Shown: piece by piece, positions 1-8,713 of the stretch
Layout of the letters: each line of letters begins with the position of its first letter
Numbering within the stretch: the stretch's first letter is position 1
DNA from: a bacterium
GTDB taxonomy: Bacteria; Fidelibacterota; Marinisomatia; Marinisomatales; UBA1611
Direction of reading: 5' to 3'
NCBI GenBank assembly: GCA_038127595.1
Contig: JAYPIC010000063.1
Location: 1 to 10,069 of the forward strand
DNA: 10,069 nucleotides
Made by a program: the position numbers and the translations under genes
Notes under the pieces: model-generated
Databases searched by the model: none
The model's input: the letters and a program-made list of their open reading frames with translations, nothing else
Told to the model about the DNA's origin: nothing

Positions 1-1
1 C

Positions 2-487
2 CGTTTTGTAGTAGCTATTCCAGGTGCAGCATGGGGTAGAAAAGTGTGGAGCTTTTCAAAATATTGTGATGTAATAGATAAAATTAAAGCAAAGACAGAT
101 CTTGATATTATACTACTTGGTACAGATCAAGATAAAATAAATAATCAGATATCTGAGAAAAATAAATCTGTGATTAATCTTTCGGGAAAAACAAACCTAA
201 GGCAAGCTATGGCCATATTATCGCTTTCAGAATCAGTATTCGGAAGTGATACAGGATTATTGCATATTGCAGAAGCGTTAGGCAAATCAGCTAATATGAT
301 TTTAGGTCCAACATCTAAAGAAACTGGAGGAGGAGTATCTTTAAAGATATCAAACAATATTGAGACAGATATTTGGTGTAGACCATGCTCACAAAATGGT
401 AAAAACCTATGTTACCGTTCAAAGCAGTACTGTATGGATTTAATATCGCCAAGCACAGTATCAAATGCAGTAATAAAAAGCTCATAA
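2..487 (+). CDS. Glycosyltransferase family 9 (ADP-heptose:LPS heptosyltransferase, WaaF/RfaF-like), 5' partial
   Basis: The frame is open from position 2 (RFVVAIPGAAWGRKVWSF), giving the GT9 PGA-x-W-x-x-K-x-W motif upstream of the track's GTG at 44, so the true start lies before the window. It also has LSGKTNL, GSDTGLLHIAEALG (GT9 D-S/T-G-x-x-H motif), LGPT and a C-terminal CRPC...C...CM cluster. It is adjacent to waaA. Confidence 0.88.
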   Translation, partial: RFVVAIPGAAWGRKVWSFSKYCDVIDKIKAKTDLDIILLGTDQDKINNQISEKNKSVINLSGKTNLRQAMAILSLSESVFGSDTGLLHIAEALGKSANMILGPTSKETGGGVSLKISNNIETDIWCRPCSQNGKNLCYRSKQYCMDLISPSTVSNAVIKSS

Positions 488-488
488 A

Positions 489-1763
489 ATGAACACATTG
501 TTTTTTGTAGTGTATAATATTTTATACCCTGTGTTTTTATTTTTTGTGTTTTTTCTTTCAATATTTAATAAAAAAATAAGGGTTGGTTTGGCTGGTAGAT
601 TTGAATCAATTCATATATTAAATAAATACTTTAATCAAAATAATATAAAATCTAATATATATTGGTTTCATTGTTCATCTTATGGTGAATATTTACAAGT
701 TGAGCAAATCATAAATGGTTTAAAAAAGAAGGATAATAATTCTATCATTTTATTAAGTTTTTTTTCACCAAGCGGGTTTGTTAATTGTAAAAATGATAAT
801 GTTGACTGTAAAATATATTTACCCTTTGATTTTTTGTGGACAATAAAAAAAGCTATAAAGATTGTTAGTCCAAATGCAATAATTCTTGCAAATAATGATA
901 TATGGTATAATTTTATAAATGTTTCTCAATCTAAAAATATAAAAACGTATTTAATTGGTGCTGAGTCAAAACAGTTTCACAAAAATATATTCTCCACTGC
1001 TTATTACATTTACAAGCCAATCTACTTTTCTTTTTCAAAAATTTTTGCGGTGGATGAAAATGATCAAAAGGATATTTTTAATTATTTAAAAAATAAAACC
1101 ATTAGTGAAATTCCTATAACCGGTAATCCTCGATTTGACCAGGTTATTCAACGGTCTAAAAAACAACATGAACGTGATAAAATCGATATTAGTAAGAGGG
1201 CAGATATATTACTGATGGCTAGTATGCACAAAGAAGATCGGAATATGATTCTAGCTCAATTAATAAAATATCTAAAAAATACTAATATCCAAGTTTATTG
1301 GATTTCTCACGAGCCAAATAGCCAGGAAAATAAATATTTGAGTAATATATTTAATAGAAATAGTCTGAGTACTGAAGTAATTGACTCTATTGAGAGTATC
1401 GGTCAAGTTAATTCTAGAATAGTAATTATAAATGCGGTAGGCGTGTTAGCTGATTTATATTGGATTACAAAGGTTACTTATGTTGGCGGAGGTTTTTCAT
1501 CAGGGGTGCATAACCTAATGGAACCTGCTGTGGCTGGAGTTCCAATGATTTTCGGCCCTCGCTATAAAAAATTTAAAGAGGCTGTTGAAATAGTTAGTCA
1601 AAACGCTGGGCTTAGTATTTCAAAAAGTATAGATTTCAATAAATTTCTTGATTTTTATTTCAATAGCGAAGAAAATCTGACTCATTCTAGTAAATCAGCT
1701 AGAAATATCATTTTAAATCACTCTGGAGCATCTGTCAAAATATTGAATCATTTAAATTCTTAG
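489..1763 (+). CDS. waaA: 3-deoxy-D-manno-octulosonic acid (Kdo) transferase, GT30
   Basis: N-terminal hydrophobic anchor, YWFHCSSYGE (cf. W-x-H-x-x-S-x-GE), FFSPSG, YLPFD, TGNPRFD, G-x-LADLY and YVGGGF...GVHNLMEPAVAGVPMIFGP. The length of 424 aa is typical. Confidence 0.92.
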   Translation: MNTLFFVVYNILYPVFLFFVFFLSIFNKKIRVGLAGRFESIHILNKYFNQNNIKSNIYWFHCSSYGEYLQVEQIINGLKKKDNNSIILLSFFSPSGFVNCKNDNVDCKIYLPFDFLWTIKKAIKIVSPNAIILANNDIWYNFINVSQSKNIKTYLIGAESKQFHKNIFSTAYYIYKPIYFSFSKIFAVDENDQKDIFNYLKNKTISEIPITGNPRFDQVIQRSKKQHERDKIDISKRADILLMASMHKEDRNMILAQLIKYLKNTNIQVYWISHEPNSQENKYLSNIFNRNSLSTEVIDSIESIGQVNSRIVIINAVGVLADLYWITKVTYVGGGFSSGVHNLMEPAVAGVPMIFGPRYKKFKEAVEIVSQNAGLSISKSIDFNKFLDFYFNSEENLTHSSKSARNIILNHSGASVKILNHLNS

Positions 1764-1779
1764 TAGTGCAATACTAAAA

Positions 1780-2364
1780 ATGAATAAAATAAGTCACATT
1801 AAAAATAATTATATGAGTAACCCTTCAAAGGTATTAACTCTAGCAAATATTATTAGTTTATTGCGAGCAGCATCAGCTATCCCAATAATTTATACTTTAA
1901 ATTATCCTGATTTAAGGGCTGTTACAGCAGGAATAGTCATCCTCGCAATTCTGTCTGATGCTTTAGATGGATATTTTGCTAGGAGAGCTGGAGAAGTTAC
2001 TCACCTAGGTATGTGGTTAGATCCTATTGCTGATTTTATAATTATAACCTCTGTGGTTTTATATTTGGTTATAATGGAAATTTTTCCATTATGGTTTTTT
2101 TCATTTTATATTATTAGGCATTTTATGATAGCGGTTCCAGCTATCTATTTTGTAAATACTGGACAATATATTCTGCATTCAAATTGGTGGGGTAAATGGA
2201 CAACAGGAATAACAGCATTAACTGTATTTTTACATATTTTTGAGATTGAATCAATTTGGTGGTTAAAGCCATTTACTCTTTATTCCGCTTTCGTGCTAGC
2301 CATAGTTAGTTGGATGATATATTATAAAGATTATTTTAACGTTTTTAGAGGAAAAAATGTTTAA
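1780..2364 (+). CDS. CDP-alcohol phosphatidyltransferase (PgsA/cardiolipin synthase-like)
   Basis: Signature ANIISLLR...SDALDGYFARR...THLGMWLDPIAD (D-x-x-DG-x-x-AR...G-x-x-x-D-x-x-x-D), several hydrophobic helices and WWGKWTT. Most likely pgsA, but substrate cannot be fixed from motifs. The start could instead be the ATG at 1813. Confidence 0.85.
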   Translation: MNKISHIKNNYMSNPSKVLTLANIISLLRAASAIPIIYTLNYPDLRAVTAGIVILAILSDALDGYFARRAGEVTHLGMWLDPIADFIIITSVVLYLVIMEIFPLWFFSFYIIRHFMIAVPAIYFVNTGQYILHSNWWGKWTTGITALTVFLHIFEIESIWWLKPFTLYSAFVLAIVSWMIYYKDYFNVFRGKNV

Positions 2365-3247
2365 TACATTATTCAGCGCTTTAGAGAATACTCGCTCTTC
2401 AATTTCAAAGGCTTTTAACAAGCTTAAAAGTGGAAGTATGTCTAAAGAAGAGATTGAAAATATTGAAGAAAAATTATTGCTGGCTGATATTGGTTATGAT
2501 ACTGTTGAAAGCATAATAGAGATTATCAAAAAATTTAAAGCTGGTGATTTTTTGTTTGAGGTAAAGAAGTATCTAATTAATGAACTACCAAAATTACATG
2601 ACCCTACAATTTTGAGTAAAAAACCTGTTGTAGTTATGGTCGTTGGTGTTAATGGAACCGGTAAAACTACTAGTGTTGCAAAGTTGGCAAAGATGTATAA
2701 AGATATGGGAAATTCCGTTACTTTAGTTGCAGCTGATACCTACAGAGCTGCTGCTGTAGAGCAATTAAAAGTGTGGTCGAAAAGAGCAAATGTTGATCTT
2801 GTATGCAATGAAAATTCTAATGAACCTTCATCAGTTCTTTTTGATGGTCTCTCAGTTTCAAAAAAAAATAATTCTGATATAGTTATTGTAGATACGGCAG
2901 GGAGGCTGCACACCTATAAAAATTTGATGAGTGAATTAGAAAAAATGCATAGAATAACGATGAAAAGGTTCCCGGAATATTTAATTAAAAATATTATTAC
3001 TATAGATTCTCTTTTAGGGCAAAATTCTATAGTGCAGGCAAAGGAGTTCAACAAGCATGTACCAATTGATGGTGCAATCCTAACAAAATTAGATGGGACC
3101 GCAAAGGGAGGAATAATTTTTTCATTGCATAAGGAAATTGGCATTCCAGTGCAATTTATTGGCGTAGGAGAGGAATTGTCAGATTTTGAGGTGTTCGACC
3201 CTGAAAAATATGTAAATGGTCTTATTGGAGAAGATAGTGGTAAATAG
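2357..3247 (+). CDS. ftsY: Signal recognition particle receptor GTPase FtsY (NG domain only)
   Basis: LLLADIG, GVNGTGKTT (G1), DTYRAAA, DTAGR (G3), TKLDGTAKGG (G4) and FIGVGE. There is no C-terminal M domain, so it is not Ffh. An AGAGGA SD-like site lies upstream and the gene overlaps the previous one by 8 bp. Confidence 0.96.
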   Translation: MFNTLFSALENTRSSISKAFNKLKSGSMSKEEIENIEEKLLLADIGYDTVESIIEIIKKFKAGDFLFEVKKYLINELPKLHDPTILSKKPVVVMVVGVNGTGKTTSVAKLAKMYKDMGNSVTLVAADTYRAAAVEQLKVWSKRANVDLVCNENSNEPSSVLFDGLSVSKKNNSDIVIVDTAGRLHTYKNLMSELEKMHRITMKRFPEYLIKNIITIDSLLGQNSIVQAKEFNKHVPIDGAILTKLDGTAKGGIIFSLHKEIGIPVQFIGVGEELSDFEVFDPEKYVNGLIGEDSGK

Positions 3248-3256
3248 AAAGTATAT

Positions 3257-4540
3257 ATGGATAAAATTGTAAACTTAATTAGCCTAGGGTGTGCAAAGAA
3301 TCTTGTTGATTCTGAGATACTACTAGGTGGCATGGATAAATCAAATTTAACAATCACAAATGATCCGGAGGAAGCTGATACTATTATCGTTAATACATGT
3401 GGTTTTCTGGATATTGCCAGAGAAGAATCAATTGATACCATATTGCAAGCAGCCGAGTTAAAAAAGACAGGGAATTTGAGCGAACTTGTTGTTATGGGGT
3501 GTCTGTCTGAGAGGTTTCCTGATGAAATAGCTAAAGAAATTCCAGAGGTTGATAGGATATTTGGTAGCAATGATCACAAGCAAATTATCTCTTTTTTAAC
3601 CGGGAAAGAGTTTGCTAAAGATGACCCACTTTTCTTTCGCTCTCTGATGACTCCCAACCATTATGCATACATAAAAATAGCAGAAGGCTGTGATAATGGT
3701 TGTTCATTCTGTAGTATTCCAATTATGAGAGGACTACAAAAAAGTAGAACTATTTCATCTATCATGGATGAGGCTGTTAGGTTATCGGAGAATGGAACCA
3801 AGGAATTATTGGTAATTGCTCAGGATTCTACTTCTTATGGTTGGGATTTGGATAAAAAAGTTTATCTAAGTGATTTACTACGAGAATTGAACACTATCGA
3901 TACAATTGATTGGATAAGGGTCCATTATGCGCATCCTGCACATTTATCTCAACGTATAATAGATGCCATTGCAGATTGTGATAAAGTGTGTAATTACTTA
4001 GATATGCCTGTTCAACATGCCTCAGATGACATACTGAAATCTATGAAAAGAGGTTTAAATCAAGAGGGAATAAGGAATCGTATTGAAAGACTACGATCAG
4101 CTGTTCCTAACATTGCCCTAAGAACAACTTTAATTGTTGGTTATCCAGGAGAGAGTGAGGAGCATTTTAATGAGTTATATGATTTTGTAGAAGAGATGCA
4201 ATTTGATCGGTTGGGCGCTTTTACATATTCAGAGGAAGATGGAACTACCGCAGCAGACTTAAATGATAACGTCTCAAGAGAAGATAAAAATGATCGTAAA
4301 AATAAAATTATTGAGCTTCAGCATGGTATAAGTTTAGAAAAAAATGAATCATTTATTGGAAAAACTATGAAAGTAATTGTTGACCAGGCTGAAAATAATA
4401 TCGGCGTTGGTAGGACAGAGTTTGACTCTCCTGAAATTGATAATATCGTTCGCATAGATGGTAAGGTATCAAAGGGCGATTTTGTTAATGTTAAAATTGA
4501 GAAAGTTAATGAGTTTGAACTTATAGGTAATCCGATTTAA
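3257..4540 (+). CDS. rimO: Ribosomal protein S12 methylthiotransferase RimO
   Basis: UPF0004 domain SLGCAKNLVDSE / VNTCGFL..A.EES / GCL, radical SAM motif IAEGCDNGCSFCSIP (CxxxCxxC), YLDMPVQH, LRTTLIVGYPGE and a C-terminal TRAM domain with GRTEFDSPEID. The KNLVDSE and PEID motifs point to RimO rather than MiaB. Confidence 0.96.
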   Translation: MDKIVNLISLGCAKNLVDSEILLGGMDKSNLTITNDPEEADTIIVNTCGFLDIAREESIDTILQAAELKKTGNLSELVVMGCLSERFPDEIAKEIPEVDRIFGSNDHKQIISFLTGKEFAKDDPLFFRSLMTPNHYAYIKIAEGCDNGCSFCSIPIMRGLQKSRTISSIMDEAVRLSENGTKELLVIAQDSTSYGWDLDKKVYLSDLLRELNTIDTIDWIRVHYAHPAHLSQRIIDAIADCDKVCNYLDMPVQHASDDILKSMKRGLNQEGIRNRIERLRSAVPNIALRTTLIVGYPGESEEHFNELYDFVEEMQFDRLGAFTYSEEDGTTAADLNDNVSREDKNDRKNKIIELQHGISLEKNESFIGKTMKVIVDQAENNIGVGRTEFDSPEIDNIVRIDGKVSKGDFVNVKIEKVNEFELIGNPI

Positions 4541-4551
4541 GCAAAAAAAAC

Positions 4552-5808
4552 GTGATTTCAGAAAATCAAAAAAAAAGATTAGAAAATCTTTCTGAGCTCA
4601 TTTATAGAGCTAGTTTAAAAGTAAAAATACTCAGACATATTTCATGGCCTCCTGAAGTAAAATATCAGTTCTTTAAACAGAATTGTCAAAAACTCCCTGA
4701 ACATAATTATCCAAAATTTGATTCTACAGATTTAGATCAGATTCTATTAAAAATTGATGGTCAGATTGGAGACACCAAATATGACCTTTGGCTAAAAAAT
4801 AAGCTGAAAGATATTAGTTTGAGTGCAAATTTGTTAAAAGCAAGTGGGACCAAAACTTTTTTCGAAATATCGTCAAATATTTATGGACTTCCAAGTACAC
4901 TCATTCATGATGGTCAAACAAAGCCTTTGGATCTTTCTGAGCAGTTTTACCAGATAATAAACTCTATCGACAAAACAAAATTAAAGTTGTCTAAAAGTTC
5001 TAAGATCAGCTCTCACGATGTCGCAAAGCAAATTTCTTCTACAGTCAGTGATTACTTTGGTGAATTTGCTCCGAAAACATCTGTGGTAAAGCATTTATCA
5101 GCGAAAGCTACAGCAACATCAAAAAAAATAAAAATACGTGAGGATGGCGTTTTCTACCAATCTGATGTAGATCAACTTATAAACCATGAGGCATTCATTC
5201 ATGTTGCGACTACAATTAATGGCAGAAAACAAAATAAAATGAAGATATTAGGTTCAAATTACGGTGCTATTACAAAAACTCAAGAAGGACTGGCTGTTTT
5301 TTCTGAGTTTATCACTGGTTCGATCAACATCGATAGAATGCGTAGAATTTCTGATAGAGTGAAGGCAATACAAATGGCTATTGACGGAGCTGATTTTATT
5401 GAAGTCTATAGATATTTTATTGATAAAGGAATATCAAGGAATCAGGCATTTGAAAATAGCAGAAGGGTATTCAGAGGAGGAGTATTGAGTGGAAAGTACC
5501 CCTTTACAAAAGATTTGGTGTATTTAGATGGTTTTATTAGGGTATATAACTTTTTCCGATCCTCAATCTCCCAAGGGAAAATAGAATGTATTGAATTACT
5601 ATTTGCAGGAAAAATGGAGTTGGATGATTTGCCTGTCGTATATAGTATGTACAAAGACGGATTAGTAAATAAACCTAGTTTTATACCTCCATGGGCAATG
5701 AATTTAAATTATTTAATATGTTTCTTAACTTTCTCAGTATTTCTTGAAGATATCAATTATTCTAATGTTTCAAAATATTATGATTCTTTACTCACGGGAG
5801 TTAAATAA
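4552..5808 (+). CDS. DUF1704 / QEGLA-motif protein, putative HExxxH zinc metallopeptidase (MATCAP-related family)
   Basis: HEAFIH (HExxxH) at 5185-5202, TKTQEGLA with QEGLA at 5281-5295, RVFRGG and FTKDLVYLDG. GTG start. Confidence 0.85.
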   Translation: MISENQKKRLENLSELIYRASLKVKILRHISWPPEVKYQFFKQNCQKLPEHNYPKFDSTDLDQILLKIDGQIGDTKYDLWLKNKLKDISLSANLLKASGTKTFFEISSNIYGLPSTLIHDGQTKPLDLSEQFYQIINSIDKTKLKLSKSSKISSHDVAKQISSTVSDYFGEFAPKTSVVKHLSAKATATSKKIKIREDGVFYQSDVDQLINHEAFIHVATTINGRKQNKMKILGSNYGAITKTQEGLAVFSEFITGSINIDRMRRISDRVKAIQMAIDGADFIEVYRYFIDKGISRNQAFENSRRVFRGGVLSGKYPFTKDLVYLDGFIRVYNFFRSSISQGKIECIELLFAGKMELDDLPVVYSMYKDGLVNKPSFIPPWAMNLNYLICFLTFSVFLEDINYSNVSKYYDSLLTGVK

Positions 5809-7671
5809 TTACTCTTTCATTAATAACTTAATTTTTTGTTTCATTGCTTCGAATTCATCTTTGTCAAATAATCTAGTTAAAAAAGCAATATTCCCTTTTT
5901 TATCAATCACTATGTTCCTAGTGACTCCAGCATTTTTATGAGCAAATTTAGAAAAATGATTTGCTTCTGGGTCTAAAGCTAAAGGATAAGTTATTCCGGT
6001 TTGTTTTTTAAATTTTTTAACAACTTCTAAAGGTTCATCCCTATCAATGCCAATAAGCATAAGACCTTCATCTTTAAAGGGTAACCAAACTTCTTTTTCT
6101 AGATGTGGCATTTCTTGGATGCAAACAGAGCACCAACTAGCGGTGAATTGAAGAACCACAACCTGTCCTAAAAGTTCAGAGAGATTTATTCTTGTCCCAT
6201 CAAGCATATTAAACTCTAAATTTGGAGCCTTATCTCCAATTGAAACTTTATACCCTCTAGAATCAACTGCTGGCCTATTAATGATTTCTTTATATGCCTG
6301 ACTTCCATCCCTGAGGTTTCTATCTTGGCTAGAAAAATCAACTTCATATAATCCAAATTTCATTGAATAACCCTCAGCCCATTCGAAATTATCCATCAGA
6401 GACCAGTAAAAGTATCCATTTACAATCAATCCATCTTGCATAGCTTGAAAAAGCGCATACAAATACCTATTGATAAATAGTTTTCTTCTATCATCTTTAT
6501 CATCTGCAATGCCATTTTCAGTTACGATGACAGGAATTTCTAATTTACTTATCGTATTCAAAGCTTTGTAAAAACCTTCCGGGTAGATGGAATAGGGCAT
6601 ATCTGTTTGTATGTCTTGCTTTCTTTTTTCAAAAGTGAATGGTTCGTTAGGATTTAAATGGCCTTTTACGTGCCACCTTGAGTAATAATTTAAACCAATA
6701 AAATCTAAAGCTTTAATCGCTTTAGTATTTGTGTAAGATAGATCTGCCATACCTGGTAGATAAAATCTGAATTCTCCTTTCAATAATAGATCTATTGTGC
6801 TATTTGTGAATATATCATTTAAGATCTTGCTAAAATACCAATCTAAAACATGCCATCTCCGTAGTGGATCAAACTGAGTGATATTTTTTACAAGACCAAT
6901 TTGTGATTGATCTCCATTTTTTAATGATTTTAAAAGGTGGTACACCTCTGTGTGAGCATACAAAAGATTCTTCATCACCTCGCCAGCTAGTAAGGGATCC
7001 TTTTTGCCTGGTGGAAATACACCATTAAAATAACCTTGTGATACATAAACTGCTGGCTCATTTATCGTACACCAGTACTTTACAATGTCCGATAATTCGT
7101 TAAATATTAGCTCCGAAAATTCTAAAAAGTATTTAATATTTTCTTCCTTTTCAAAACCACCCAGGTCCTCAAACCATAAAGGATGTGTAAAATGATGTAG
7201 AGTAACCACAGGAACTAACCCTGAATCAATTAGGGCTATACAAACTTCGCGGTAATGATCTATGGCATCTTGATCTATCTTATTAATAGTTGGCATTATT
7301 TTACTCCATTCAACAGAGAATCTGTAAGCATTAACGCCAATATTTTTCATTAGATTAATATCTTGTTTATAAAGATTCCAGTGGTCTGCAGCATCACCTG
7401 ACTTATCACTATTATGTATTCTAGATTTACCATTTTGATCAAACGAATGTTCCCATCTATACCAGTTGTTATTTGTATTGAATCCTTCCACTTGATGCGC
7501 AGCAGTGGCTGTTCCCCAAATAAAATTCTTAGGAAAATACATGTCTTTGGTATTTATATTTTCCCAGTCCCACTCAACATCTGGGTACTTATCATTTAAA
7601 TAAATTATGGATCCAACCCAAACAGTACCCAAAAGTAAAACAAGAATTTTAAATATTTTTTTAATGTTCAA
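5809..7671 (-). CDS. Fusion protein: N-terminal membrane anchor, glycoside hydrolase family 1 (beta-glycosidase) and C-terminal TlpA-like thioredoxin (redoxin) domain
   Basis: GH1 motifs [44 protein letters not shown] (acid/base Glu at 7057-7059), VTENG (nucleophile Glu at 6517-6519) and [14 protein letters not shown]. The C-terminal ~150 aa has GDKAP...[19 protein letters not shown] (CxxC at 6121-6132). The TTG start overlaps the upstream stop (TTGA). Confidence 0.9.
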   Translation of the reverse strand: MNIKKIFKILVLLLGTVWVGSIIYLNDKYPDVEWDWENINTKDMYFPKNFIWGTATAAHQVEGFNTNNNWYRWEHSFDQNGKSRIHNSDKSGDAADHWNLYKQDINLMKNIGVNAYRFSVEWSKIMPTINKIDQDAIDHYREVCIALIDSGLVPVVTLHHFTHPLWFEDLGGFEKEENIKYFLEFSELIFNELSDIVKYWCTINEPAVYVSQGYFNGVFPPGKKDPLLAGEVMKNLLYAHTEVYHLLKSLKNGDQSQIGLVKNITQFDPLRRWHVLDWYFSKILNDIFTNSTIDLLLKGEFRFYLPGMADLSYTNTKAIKALDFIGLNYYSRWHVKGHLNPNEPFTFEKRKQDIQTDMPYSIYPEGFYKALNTISKLEIPVIVTENGIADDKDDRRKLFINRYLYALFQAMQDGLIVNGYFYWSLMDNFEWAEGYSMKFGLYEVDFSSQDRNLRDGSQAYKEIINRPAVDSRGYKVSIGDKAPNLEFNMLDGTRINLSELLGQVVVLQFTASWCSVCIQEMPHLEKEVWLPFKDEGLMLIGIDRDEPLEVVKKFKKQTGITYPLALDPEANHFSKFAHKNAGVTRNIVIDKKGNIAFLTRLFDKDEFEAMKQKIKLLMKE

Positions 7672-8621
7672 ATTTCAAACCCGTTTTCTTCCATCCAACT
7701 ATCATTTGGAAATTTCGTCATATAGTTTCGAATCCCATCAGCGAGTATAACTAAACAGTTCTGACCATTTTTAAGCTTTGATGCCGCTTTCAATGCTGCA
7801 ACCATCGTAGCTCCGCATGAGCCTCCACATAATAAACCTTCTTCTTTAATTAATCGTCGAGCCATAATGAAAGATTCTTCATCTTTTGTTTTAATATATT
7901 CATCAATTAAAGAATTATCTAATACATCTGGAATAAAGTCATATCCAATTCCTTCAACTAAATATGAGCTTACTTTGTCGCCACCTCCTAAAATAGAGCC
8001 TTCGGGGTCAGCTCCTATAATTTTGATTTTGGGCATTTCTTCTTTTAACCTTTTCGCAATTCCGGTGATTGTTCCTCCTGTACCAACAGATATAACAACC
8101 ATGTCTAAATTATTATTAAAGTCTTTAATTATTTCTTCAGCGGTACCATAATAATGAGCTTCAGGATTTGATGGATTTGAATATTGATCTAGAATATGGG
8201 AGTTTTCTATTTCTTTATTTAATTTTTTTGCCACAGAAATATGACTCTCTGGATCGCTTGATTTAGCTTCGGTTGGAGTTCTAATAATTTCAGCACCCAA
8301 TGCCTCGAGAGCTATCTGTTTTTCTTTACTCATTTTTTCTGGCATCGTAATAATACATTTATATCCCTTAACCGCAGCTGCTAATGCTATACCTTGGCCA
8401 GTATTCCCTGATGTTGGTTCGATAAGTGTATCTCCAGGTTTAATTCTTCCAGAAAGTTCAGCTTCTTTTACCATATTCCATCCTATTCTATCTTTCACTG
8501 ATCCGCCTGGATTAAAGAATTCACACTTAGCAAAAACATTGCAATCTAGATTCTTTGCAATTTTATTTATTTTGACTACCGGGGTGTTGCCAATGGTGCT
8601 TAAAATATTTTCATGTATCAT
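7668..8621 (-). CDS. Cystathionine beta-synthase-type PLP enzyme (cysteine synthase family), catalytic core only
   Basis: [15 protein letters not shown] (PLP lysine codon at 8493-8495), EPTSGNTG and [38 protein letters not shown] and RNYMTKF are CBS-type rather than CysK-type motifs. Confidence 0.88.
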   Translation of the reverse strand: MIHENILSTIGNTPVVKINKIAKNLDCNVFAKCEFFNPGGSVKDRIGWNMVKEAELSGRIKPGDTLIEPTSGNTGQGIALAAAVKGYKCIITMPEKMSKEKQIALEALGAEIIRTPTEAKSSDPESHISVAKKLNKEIENSHILDQYSNPSNPEAHYYGTAEEIIKDFNNNLDMVVISVGTGGTITGIAKRLKEEMPKIKIIGADPEGSILGGGDKVSSYLVEGIGYDFIPDVLDNSLIDEYIKTKDEESFIMARRLIKEEGLLCGGSCGATMVAALKAASKLKNGQNCLVILADGIRNYMTKFPNDSWMEENGFEI

Positions 8622-8713
8622 TTGTTTATGTTAATTAGTTAAAATTGTGTTCTATATTATTAAATAGTCTATGCAATATAAATGTGTTATTTCGTAAATA
8701 TGCACAATAAAAA
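8622..8713. promoter_or_regulatory. Very AT-rich 92-bp intergenic region between divergent genes; probable bidirectional promoter region
   Basis: This is the only sizeable non-coding gap in the window. It lies between the divergent starts at 8621 (-) and 8714 (+). Individual -10/-35 boxes cannot be assigned reliably. Confidence 0.5.

Noticed and set aside
145..357. 70-aa minus-strand ORF
   Set aside because: Antisense shadow of the GT9 gene with no recognisable motif.
44..487. Track start (GTG at 44) for the first ORF
   Set aside because: The frame is open upstream to the window edge and includes the conserved PGAAW..K.W motif, so the gene is 5' truncated.
2357..3247. FtsY lacking the acidic N-terminal A domain
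   Set aside because: NG-only FtsY is common in bacteria and is not evidence of truncation.
2914..3570. 218-aa minus-strand ORF
   Set aside because: Antisense to the well-conserved ftsY and rimO genes. Its Ser/Ile/Phe-rich composition is typical of a reverse-complement shadow.
5442..5941. Short ORFs 5442..5654 (-) and 5744..5941 (+)
   Set aside because: They lie within the DUF1704 and GH1-TlpA genes and have no motifs or independent support.
7414..8151. Short + strand ORFs 7414..7599 and 7867..8151
   Set aside because: Antisense shadows of the GH1 and CBS genes.
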